Of a DNA stretch of 64,000 nt, positions 17,558-25,837 are shown piece after piece (position 1 is the stretch's first letter; the number at the start of each line of letters is the position of its first letter). Both the position numbers and the translations under genes were made by a program. The stretch covers positions 8,689 to 72,688 of the forward strand of contig JADIMK010000040.1 in NCBI GenBank assembly GCA_017694785.1, written 5' to 3'. The notes below the pieces were generated by a model. It was not told the origin of the DNA. It was given only the letters and a program-made list of their open reading frames with translations, and did not search any database. Origin of the DNA: Candidatus Cryptobacteroides intestinigallinarum (lineage in GTDB: Bacteria > Bacteroidota > Bacteroidia > Bacteroidales > UBA932).

Positions 17558-18633
17558 TCTATCGTCTTGGCTTTGTCCCGTGTATTCGCATCATTCTGTC
17601 TCGGCTGCATCTTCCCTTTCTGCAGCTCGTCGTAGGCGACCCTGTGGTTGTAGATGTCCACTGCAGCATATATTGAAGCGATCATCGACCTCGGGTCAGC
17701 AAGGTCTCTTCCAGCCATGTCATAGGCTGTACCGTGGTCAGGAGAAGTCCTTACGACAGGAAGTCCGGCCGTGTAGTTGACCCCGCGTTCGAAAGCCAGC
17801 GCCTTGAACGGGATAAGTCCCTGGTCATGGTACATCGCAAGAGTTGCATCGAACCTGGTGTAGTTGCCCAGGCCGAAGAATCCGTCCGGAGAATAAGGTC
17901 CGAAAGCGAGGATCCCTTCATCATTTGCAGCCTTGACCGCAGGAAGGATTATAGACTGCTCCTCGTCTCCGAGAAGTCCGCCGTCACCGCAATGCGGGTT
18001 GAGACCGAGCACAGCGATCTTCGGGGAATCGACTCCGAAATCCCTGCACAACGAGGCCTTCATTATACGCAGCTTGTCAAGGATAAGTTCCGTGGTAAGG
18101 CTCTCCGGCACTTTCTTCAGAGGAATATGTCCGGTGACAACCGCTACCTTGAGCCGGTCACATACCATGATCATAAGCGCCTCCTTGACCCCGAACTCAT
18201 GTTCGAGATATTCGGTGTGCCCGGTATATCCGAAGCCTTCGTTGACCATGGCCCTCTTGTTGATAGGTGCTGTCACGAGGACATCGATATATCCGTTGCG
18301 TAGATCCTCCACAGCACAGCTGAGGGCTGTCATTGCAGACTTCGCAGACTCTGGAGTAGGCTGTCCCGGCTCAACGAATACATTGTCCGGCAGGCAATTG
18401 ACTATATTGACCCTCTTCTGGTGGACATCCTTTGCCGAGGATATCACATTGGTATTGATCTGATCTATATTATGAAGCTGCTTCTTGTAGAATCCGAAGA
18501 CTTTTGATGAACCATAGACGACAGGGGTACAGAAATCCAGCATCCTTTCATCTGCGAAAGACTTGATGATGACTTCATAACCTATTCCGTTGCCGTCTCC
18601 CTGGGTAATCCCCACGACCAGTTTCTTTGCCAT
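17554..18633 (-). CDS. pdxA: 4-hydroxythreonine-4-phosphate dehydrogenase
   Basis: GDGNGIGYE, TAPINK, GHTE, GLNPH, MYHDQG, RTSPDHGTAYD. Start set at MAKK (18633), downstream of TATTTTTG box 18654-18661. Confidence 0.95.
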   Translation of the reverse strand: MAKKLVVGITQGDGNGIGYEVIIKSFADERMLDFCTPVVYGSSKVFGFYKKQLHNIDQINTNVISSAKDVHQKRVNIVNCLPDNVFVEPGQPTPESAKSAMTALSCAVEDLRNGYIDVLVTAPINKRAMVNEGFGYTGHTEYLEHEFGVKEALMIMVCDRLKVAVVTGHIPLKKVPESLTTELILDKLRIMKASLCRDFGVDSPKIAVLGLNPHCGDGGLLGDEEQSIILPAVKAANDEGILAFGPYSPDGFFGLGNYTRFDATLAMYHDQGLIPFKALAFERGVNYTAGLPVVRTSPDHGTAYDMAGRDLADPRSMIASIYAAVDIYNHRVAYDELQKGKMQPRQNDANTRDKAKTIE

Positions 18634-18653
18634 ATCTAAGATTGTTTTATCTG

Positions 18654-18705
18654 CAAAAATAAGCAATTATTATATATAATCTGTGCAGAAATCTTCTTAA
18701 TTTTG
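18654..18705. promoter_or_regulatory. Back-to-back Bacteroidota -7 promoter boxes for pdxA (minus) and recG (plus)
   Basis: TATTTTTG (minus, 18654-18661) and TAATTTTG (plus, 18698-18705) match TAnnTTTG. Confidence 0.65.
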
Positions 18706-18712
18706 CGTCAGG

Positions 18713-20983
18713 ATGAGAACAAAAGAGACTGAAAGTGACATCAAATATCTTCCGGGAGTCGGGCCGAAGCGGGCAGAACTGCTTCAGAAGGAACTTGGCA
18801 TAAGGACTTTCGGAGACCTCATCCATTTCTATCCTTTCCGGTATATCGACCGGAGCACTGTCATCCCGATATCATCTGCAATGCCCGACATGGCCCACAT
18901 ACAGATAAGGGCCAGGGTCATCTCAAGAGAGCTATACGGACTCAAAGGAGCAATATACCAGGACAATACTGGCACCGGTGCGGTTACGGGGAGCACATCA
19001 TCTGATGCAGCCTCAGATGCAGCCTCTGCCATCCCAAGCAGCAGGACAGGTCAGCCGGCCGGCAAAGACCTACAATTTCCGCAGAATCTCAAGCCTGCTT
19101 CAGTCAAGAGGCTGAGAGTCCTTGTCCAGGACGGGACAGGTATCATGGAGGCTGTATTCTTCAAGGGCATAAAGTGGACATTCGAAAAGCTTGTCCCCGG
19201 CAAGGAATTCATATTCTTCGGCAAGCCGTCGGTATTCAACGGCCGCCTCAACCTTGTGCATCCTGACATAGATGACGCGACAGGACAGGCTTCACCCGCA
19301 GGGACGCTGCCGGCGCTGACAGGCATATACCCCAGTACTGAAAAGCTCAAGAATGCCGGTCTCACAGCCAAGACCATGAACAAGATGCAGGCAGCCGCCC
19401 TGCAGATGTCTCTCCCGGATATCGAGGAGACCCTTCCCGACTATCTCATAAGGCAGAAAGGACTTGTATCCATCCATTTCGCACTAAGGAACATACATTT
19501 TCCCTCCAGTCAGGAGGCTCTGGCCAAGGCGAAGTACAGGCTGAAGTTTGAGGAACTCTTCTACCTCCAGCTTTCACTGCTCAAGCAAAAATACATAAGG
19601 AGCCGCAACGAGGTAGGCATAAGGATGCCAAAGGTTGGAGATGCGTTCAATGCCTGCTACAATTCCCTTCCGTTTCCTCTGACAGGAGCCCAGAAAAGGG
19701 TCATAACCGAAATCAGGGACGACATGCGCAGCGGACACCAGCTCAACCGTCTTCTCCAGGGAGACGTCGGAAGCGGGAAGACAATGGTAGCAGTGCTCAC
19801 TGCCCTGATAGCTGTCGGGAACGGATACCAGGCCTGCATAATGGCACCTACGGAAGTGCTTGCACAGCAGCATTTCAAGAACATATCGAAGTATCTTGCC
19901 CCGACAGGTGTAAAGGCAGCCCTTCTTACCGGCAGCAGCAGGACGGCAGAGAGGCGTGAAGTCCACGCAGGACTTGAAGACGGCAGCATAGGCATCATAG
20001 TAGGCACCCATGCCCTGCTCGAAGACAATGTGGTCTTCCGCAACCTCGGGCTTGCCGTGATAGATGAGCAGCACCGCTTCGGAGTCGAGCAGAGGGCAAG
20101 GCTATGGAAGAAGTCTTCATGCGGGATACCTCCGCACATCCTTGTGATGACTGCGACCCCTATTCCGAGGACCCTCGCCATGACCCTCTACGGCGACCTT
20201 GATGTCTCCGTCATCGACGAGCTTCCTCCCGGCAGGAAACCGGTACAGACCATACACGCCACCGAAGGGAAGAGACTTGCCCTGTTCAAGTTCATGCGTG
20301 ACCAGATTGCCCTGGGGAGGCAGGTCTTCGTGGTCTATCCTCTGATATTCGAAAGCGAGAAGATGGACTACAAGAATCTGGAACAAGGCTATGAACAGAT
20401 AGTCCATGCCTTTCCTTTCCCACCGTACAAGACAGCCATCGTGCACGGGCAGCAGAGCAACGAGGACAAGAAATTCAACATGGACGCCTTCGCCGCAGGC
20501 AGGGCCGACATCCTTGTCGCCACATCCGTCATCGAAGTTGGAGTGGATGTGCCGAATGCTTCGGTCATGGTCATCGAAAGCGCGGAAAGGTTTGGCCTGA
20601 GCCAGCTCCACCAGCTGAGAGGACGTGTCGGAAGGGGCTCGGAGAAATCCTACTGCATCCTTATGACAGGCAACAAGTTGAGCAAAGAGTCAAAGCAGCG
20701 GATAGACCTGATGTGTGCCACTGAGAACGGATTCGAGCTTGCCGAGGAAGACATGAAGATGAGAGGTCCGGGAGACCTCGAAGGCACCCAGCAGAGCGGG
20801 CTGCCGATCAATCTGAGGATAGCCTCCCTGGCAAAGGACGGACTGATACTCAATGATGCACGCTCCTGTGCCCAGGCAGTGCTTGAAGAAGACCCTATGC
20901 TCTCCTCCGACAAGAACATGCTCCTGAGGGAAGAGCTGCGCAAGGACAAGTACGTCATACGAGACTTCAGTAAAATAAGCTGA
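18713..20983 (+). CDS. recG: ATP-dependent DNA helicase RecG
   Basis: QGDVGSGKT, MAPTEVLAQQH, DEQH, MTATPIPRT, QLHQLRGRVGRG, RGPGD. Confidence 0.97.
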   Translation: MRTKETESDIKYLPGVGPKRAELLQKELGIRTFGDLIHFYPFRYIDRSTVIPISSAMPDMAHIQIRARVISRELYGLKGAIYQDNTGTGAVTGSTSSDAASDAASAIPSSRTGQPAGKDLQFPQNLKPASVKRLRVLVQDGTGIMEAVFFKGIKWTFEKLVPGKEFIFFGKPSVFNGRLNLVHPDIDDATGQASPAGTLPALTGIYPSTEKLKNAGLTAKTMNKMQAAALQMSLPDIEETLPDYLIRQKGLVSIHFALRNIHFPSSQEALAKAKYRLKFEELFYLQLSLLKQKYIRSRNEVGIRMPKVGDAFNACYNSLPFPLTGAQKRVITEIRDDMRSGHQLNRLLQGDVGSGKTMVAVLTALIAVGNGYQACIMAPTEVLAQQHFKNISKYLAPTGVKAALLTGSSRTAERREVHAGLEDGSIGIIVGTHALLEDNVVFRNLGLAVIDEQHRFGVEQRARLWKKSSCGIPPHILVMTATPIPRTLAMTLYGDLDVSVIDELPPGRKPVQTIHATEGKRLALFKFMRDQIALGRQVFVVYPLIFESEKMDYKNLEQGYEQIVHAFPFPPYKTAIVHGQQSNEDKKFNMDAFAAGRADILVATSVIEVGVDVPNASVMVIESAERFGLSQLHQLRGRVGRGSEKSYCILMTGNKLSKESKQRIDLMCATENGFELAEEDMKMRGPGDLEGTQQSGLPINLRIASLAKDGLILNDARSCAQAVLEEDPMLSSDKNMLLREELRKDKYVIRDFSKIS

Positions 20984-20985
20984 CA

Positions 20986-21975
20986 ATGGTAACAGAACTC
21001 CTGCAGAAATACATCTGGCTCATCCAGACATTCATCCGGGCGGGCCGGAGAGGACTCGATCTGAAGGAACTGGAAGCCCGGTGGGAAAACCGCTTCGGGA
21101 CGCCATACGCCAGGCGGTCATTCAACAACCACAGGGAGGCGATCGAGGAAGTGTTCAACATCCGGATCGAATGCGACCGCAGCACGAACAGGTATTTCAT
21201 ACGTTATTCTGACGATGTATCTGACGAGAACGCTGCTTCGGCCTGGCTTATCAACACATTTACAGTCAACAACATACTTTCCATAGGAAAGGAAAGGCTC
21301 AGCGGAAGGGTATCGGTAGAGGACATACCGTCAGGACACAGATACCTCGCCGAGACAATGGATGCCATGCTCGAAAACTGCGAGATAGAGATTTCGTACA
21401 GGAAATATTCAGGCGGTGATGTCTCATCATATACCCTCCGCCCCTATGCCGTCAAGGAAGATGCAAAGAGATGGTACATAGTCGCTTTCTGCCTGGAAAA
21501 GGGACAGATGAGAGTCTACGGCATGGACAGGATTGTCTCCATGAAGGTGACTGACAGACATTTCCGGATGCCTGAGGGATTTGATGTCGACGAACTGTTC
21601 AGCACAAGCTATGGAGTCTATCTTTCCCAGGAAAAACCCGAGGAAATCATATTCCGGGCAACGTCAAGGGAAGCGCTGTACCTCAACGACCTGCCGCTGC
21701 ACAAGAGCCAGAAACTCATTTCTTCTGACTGTAGAGGCTCAATCTTTTCTATATTTGCAAGTCCAAATGAAAACCTGATGATGGATCTGTTCCGGCTCTG
21801 CCCCAGGATAGAGATCATCTCGCCGGAACACATAAGAGAAGAAATCAGGAATAGAGCGATGCTTACCTCTGAACTGTACAGGAACAGCGTCACAGGAGAT
21901 ACGGCCATTGACGGAACAGGTGATGACTTGACTTTAGACAATATAACTGAATACAGATATGACAAAGGGAAATAA
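20986..21975 (+). CDS. WYL-domain transcriptional regulator (wHTH-WYL-WCX, PafC-like)
   Basis: N-terminal HTH-like region, LRPYAVKEDAKRWYIVA...RVYGMDRI WYL signature, C-terminal IEIISPEHIREEI. Confidence 0.88.
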   Translation: MVTELLQKYIWLIQTFIRAGRRGLDLKELEARWENRFGTPYARRSFNNHREAIEEVFNIRIECDRSTNRYFIRYSDDVSDENAASAWLINTFTVNNILSIGKERLSGRVSVEDIPSGHRYLAETMDAMLENCEIEISYRKYSGGDVSSYTLRPYAVKEDAKRWYIVAFCLEKGQMRVYGMDRIVSMKVTDRHFRMPEGFDVDELFSTSYGVYLSQEKPEEIIFRATSREALYLNDLPLHKSQKLISSDCRGSIFSIFASPNENLMMDLFRLCPRIEIISPEHIREEIRNRAMLTSELYRNSVTGDTAIDGTGDDLTLDNITEYRYDKGK

Positions 21976-24313
21976 GGCTAAACGGACTGGCACATGGGTG
22001 CTTGTAGCCGTAGTGATCCTGGCTCTCATCGATATTGGAGCCGGGGTTTCAGAACAACTGATTGACAAGATGAAAGAAAAAAAGAAAAACGAGGCCATGT
22101 ACATAGGCCGCCCGGAAATCGAGGTCAAGGACGGGACAATGACTCCCGAAGTGCTGCTGTCTTTCGGCAAGGTGTCGGATCCGCAGGTATCACCAGACGG
22201 ACAGAAGATACTCTTCGGCATATCCTACACTTCAATCAAGGACAACCGTTCATGCAACAACCTCTACATCTGCGGCATCGACGGAAAGGATATGCAGCAG
22301 CTCACAAGGAGCGGGAAAAGCATAAGCAATGCCCGATGGAGCAATGACGGGAAAAGCATCATATATCTCCAGGGAGGCCAGATATGGACTGCGAGGATCA
22401 AAGAGAAAGGCAATGCGCTGAAACTTGGCAAGGCAGTAAAGCTCAGCGAGGTACCGGAAGGAATCAGCGAGTTCAAGCTGTCTCCGGACCAGAGCATGGT
22501 GATGTATGCGAGCACAGTCCAGAGCTCCCTTAAGAAACCGTCAGATCTCTATCCGGACATCACATCTTCATCTGCAATCTCGGCAGATGACCTGATGTAC
22601 AGGCACTGGGACCACTGGGTCGAGAGGGTTCCGCATACCTTCATTTCAGAGATACAGCTGTGGGGTAAAGGTGCTGAAGGAAAGCCGTCCCTGTGCATCA
22701 CTCCGGAATCTTCAACAGACATCCTTGCAGGTGAAAAGGAAATATATGAACTTCCGGCCGAAACTTTCAGCGGCATAGAGCAGCTGTGCTGGAGTCCGGA
22801 CGGAAAATACATCGCATACTCATGCAAGAAACTCTCCGGCAAGAAATACGCATTCTCGACAGACGCAGAGATCTATATCTATGATGTCTCTGCAGGGAAC
22901 ACCATCAGTATCCCGATGGGCGGAGGATACGACACCAACCCTGTATGGTCACCTGACGGGAAGACCATATGCTGGATAAGCATGGAAAGGGACGGCTATG
23001 AAGCCGACAAGCAGAGGCTCATGGCAGCAGACATGACAGCCGGGCAGGACGGCTCAGGAATATCTGTCTCCGGCATCAGGGACCTCACCGCGGGCTTCAG
23101 ATACAATGCCGCAGGCCCGGTATGGAGCCCTGACTCAAGATACATATATTTCAATGCTCTTGCGGAAGGTCTGCAGGGAATATTCAGAGTATCACCATCC
23201 GCAGACTCCGTCCAGGACGGGGCGTCAGGAGTGGAAAGGATCACTGGAGAAGACATGTGGTACGACTTCGGATCACCTTTCCATATTTCTGACAACGGTG
23301 ATGAGACCGTACTCCTCGCCGACTGGTGCAGCATGGACTTCCCTACCGAGCTTGTGAAGATAACCCTCGGGGAAAAGGTATCCGCAAGTCCGCTTACTGA
23401 TGTCAACGGAGAGCTTCTCGCAAAACTGAGCCCCGTAAGGACCGAGGCAAGGCAGATTAAGACCGTGGACGGGAAGAACATGCTGACCTGGGTCCTCTAT
23501 CCTCCTCAGTTCGACTCCACAAAGACATATCCGGCCATACTGATATGCCTCGGCGGTCCTCAGGGAACACTGAGCCAGGGATGGTCATACAGATGGAACT
23601 ACAGGCTCATGGCTTCTCAGGGCTATATAACGATACTTCCGAACAGACGCGGCACGACCGCCTTCGGCCAGGAATGGACGGAACAGATATCCGGCGACTA
23701 TCCGGGCCTCAACATCCAGGACTACCTCTCTGCTGCAAGAGCACTCAAGGCCGAGCCTTATGTCGGAAAGATGGCAGCCTGCGGGGCCAGCTACGGAGGA
23801 TATTCAGTCTATTATCTTGCAGGTGTGCATGAGAACACATTCGATGCCTTCGTCGCACATGCCGGGATCTTCAATGAAGAGCACATGTACATGACCACAG
23901 AAGAGATGTGGTTCCCTAACTGGGACAACGGCGGCCTGCACGAATATGAGGCCGACCCGCGCGTCGGGACCCAGGACTGCCCTGTCGGCCCGAAGGGAGA
24001 CGGACAGACCTTCGGAGGAATACGGCAGGGAGGATCGCCATGGAGTGACCTTCCGAAAGCAAGGAGACATTATGCTGAATCACCGCATCTGAAAGTAACA
24101 AAGTGGAATACTCCAATCCTCGTGACTCATGGAGGTATGGATTTCAGGGTACCTGTGGACGAAGGCATGGCAGCCTACAATGCCGCCCAGATGATGGGAG
24201 TGCCGTCAAGACTGATAGTCTTCCCTGACGAGAACCACTGGATCCTCAAGCCGCAGAACGCACTCTACTGGCACAGGGAATATTTCCGCTGGCTGGACAG
24301 ATGGTGCAAGTAA
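21959..24313 (+). CDS. S9-family serine peptidase (dipeptidyl-peptidase 5-like)
   Basis: Beta-propeller xSPDG repeats, GGPQ, GASYGG nucleophile, DFRVP and DENHW triad motifs; N-terminal hydrophobic anchor. Confidence 0.92.
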   Translation: MTKGNKAKRTGTWVLVAVVILALIDIGAGVSEQLIDKMKEKKKNEAMYIGRPEIEVKDGTMTPEVLLSFGKVSDPQVSPDGQKILFGISYTSIKDNRSCNNLYICGIDGKDMQQLTRSGKSISNARWSNDGKSIIYLQGGQIWTARIKEKGNALKLGKAVKLSEVPEGISEFKLSPDQSMVMYASTVQSSLKKPSDLYPDITSSSAISADDLMYRHWDHWVERVPHTFISEIQLWGKGAEGKPSLCITPESSTDILAGEKEIYELPAETFSGIEQLCWSPDGKYIAYSCKKLSGKKYAFSTDAEIYIYDVSAGNTISIPMGGGYDTNPVWSPDGKTICWISMERDGYEADKQRLMAADMTAGQDGSGISVSGIRDLTAGFRYNAAGPVWSPDSRYIYFNALAEGLQGIFRVSPSADSVQDGASGVERITGEDMWYDFGSPFHISDNGDETVLLADWCSMDFPTELVKITLGEKVSASPLTDVNGELLAKLSPVRTEARQIKTVDGKNMLTWVLYPPQFDSTKTYPAILICLGGPQGTLSQGWSYRWNYRLMASQGYITILPNRRGTTAFGQEWTEQISGDYPGLNIQDYLSAARALKAEPYVGKMAACGASYGGYSVYYLAGVHENTFDAFVAHAGIFNEEHMYMTTEEMWFPNWDNGGLHEYEADPRVGTQDCPVGPKGDGQTFGGIRQGGSPWSDLPKARRHYAESPHLKVTKWNTPILVTHGGMDFRVPVDEGMAAYNAAQMMGVPSRLIVFPDENHWILKPQNALYWHREYFRWLDRWCK

Positions 24314-24315
24314 TG

Positions 24316-24360
24316 AAAAAGGCCGGCCCCCAAGTCTTCTGACCTAAGGACCGGCCTTCT
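24316..24360. terminator. Hairpin between S9 peptidase and tRNA-Arg (possibly bidirectional)
   Basis: AAGGCCGG...CCGGCCTT inverted repeat with flanking A/T runs. Confidence 0.6.
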
Positions 24361-24364
24361 CATG

Positions 24365-24436
24365 TACCCCCGTGCGGAATCGAACCGCAACCGTCGGAAC
24401 CGGAATCCGAAATTCTATCCATTAAACTACGGAGGC
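24365..24436 (-). tRNA. tRNA-Arg (anticodon CCG)
   Basis: Minus strand GCCTCCGTAGTTTAATGGATAGAATTTCGGATTCCGGTTCCGACGGTTGCGGTTCGATTCCGCACGGGGGTA. Anticodon arm TCGGA-TT-CCG-GT-TCCGA, GTTCGA T-loop, TATATTTG promoter box at 24447-24454. Confidence 0.95.
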
Positions 24437-24632
24437 ATTCGGCCTGCAAATATACATAATTTTTCAGAGTATGGAGTAGCCGGCATCTTATTTTTCAGGG
24501 ACAGAGGGAATATCCTGGTCCTTTGGAGGCAGACATTCTTCTGTCCTTTGGAGACTTTGGTGATTTTTATTATTTTTGCCGGACCTCAGAAAATGAATAT
24601 AAACTGCAGAAATGCATAAAACAATATAGGAT

Positions 24633-25523
24633 ATGAAGAAAGCTTATGTTTTCCCAGGCCAGGGATCACAGTTCCCGGGCATGGCAAAAGACCTCTACGA
24701 GTCAAATGCCACAGCAAAGGAAATGCTGGAAAAGGCAAACGAAATCCTCGGATTCAGGATCACTGACATAATGTTCAACGGCACTCCGGAAGACCTCAAG
24801 GCGACTAAGGTGACACAGCCGGCAGTCTTTCTCCATTCTACTGTACTTGCAAAATGCTATGAAGGATTCCATCCTGACATGGTGGCAGGACATTCACTCG
24901 GTGAATTCTCAGCTCTCGCTGCAGCAGGTGCAATGGATTTTGAAGATGCACTCCGCCTTGTCTCCATAAGGGCAACCGCAATGCAGAAGGCATGCGAGAT
25001 GAAGCCGTCGACAATGGCTGCAATCATCGCCCTCCCTACCGAGAAGGTAGAGGAACTCTGCAAGGAATGTACAAAAGGACTTGTCGTACCGGCCAACTAC
25101 AACTGTGACGGACAGATCGTGATCTCAGGAGAAACCGAAGCCATCAATGAGGCCTGCGAGAAGATGAAGGCAGCAGGAGCAAAGAGAGCACTCGTGCTCC
25201 AGGTCAGCGGAGCCTTCCACTCTCCTCTCATGGAGCCGGCACGCGAAGAGCTAGCCAAAGCCATCGAGACCACCGTATTCAAGACACCTGTATGTCCTGT
25301 ATACCAGAATGTCACAGCACTCCCGTCCACGGATCCTGATACAATCAAGAAGAACCTTCTTGCACAGCTTACATCTCCGGTAAGATGGACTCAGACAGTC
25401 AAGAACATGATTGCGGACGGAGCAGGATACTTCATGGAAATCGGCCCGGGCACAGTACTCCAGGGACTGATAAAGAAGATCGCCGGGACTGAAGTCACAA
25501 TAGAAGGTATAACAACACTTTAG
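24633..25523 (+). CDS. fabD: Malonyl-CoA:ACP transacylase
   Basis: FPGQGSQ, TQPA, GHSLGE, ANYN, VSGAFHS, EIGPG. Confidence 0.97.
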   Translation: MKKAYVFPGQGSQFPGMAKDLYESNATAKEMLEKANEILGFRITDIMFNGTPEDLKATKVTQPAVFLHSTVLAKCYEGFHPDMVAGHSLGEFSALAAAGAMDFEDALRLVSIRATAMQKACEMKPSTMAAIIALPTEKVEELCKECTKGLVVPANYNCDGQIVISGETEAINEACEKMKAAGAKRALVLQVSGAFHSPLMEPAREELAKAIETTVFKTPVCPVYQNVTALPSTDPDTIKKNLLAQLTSPVRWTQTVKNMIADGAGYFMEIGPGTVLQGLIKKIAGTEVTIEGITTL

Positions 25524-25676
25524 TGTACAGGCTGGAACCATCGGATCGACTGGACCGCGGAAGCTATACAAGGCCTCCGGGGTCCATTTCTTTTAGTTCC
25601 GGGAGAAACTGCCGGAGAAATGCCTCCGGAGGTTAAAATAAATCAAAAACAAAGGTCTGTTTTACAAAAATTTAAC

Positions 25677-25684
25677 TAAATTTG
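25677..25684 (+). promoter_or_regulatory. -7 promoter box of nifJ, giving a leader of about 150 nt
   Basis: TAAATTTG matches TAnnTTTG. Confidence 0.6.
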
Positions 25685-25837
25685 CGTGTTGGCGTTTGTC
25701 GTGAACGGACACGAAGAGCAAAACCGCTGACAATCTGTAATTTGACAGACCTGACAGGACAGGACAAACCTGCTTACATAGAAACCATAATGATTTTCAT
25801 TAAAGGAAAATTAAGAACAACATAAACATTAACGATT

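Noticed and set aside
20986-21975. WYL gene as a marker of a CRISPR or anti-phage island
   Set aside because: No repeat-spacer array, cas, restriction or toxin genes seen anywhere in the window.
24365-24436. tRNA-Arg as an integration site
   Set aside because: No duplicated tRNA 3' end, integrase or foreign genes on either side; flanks are core genes.
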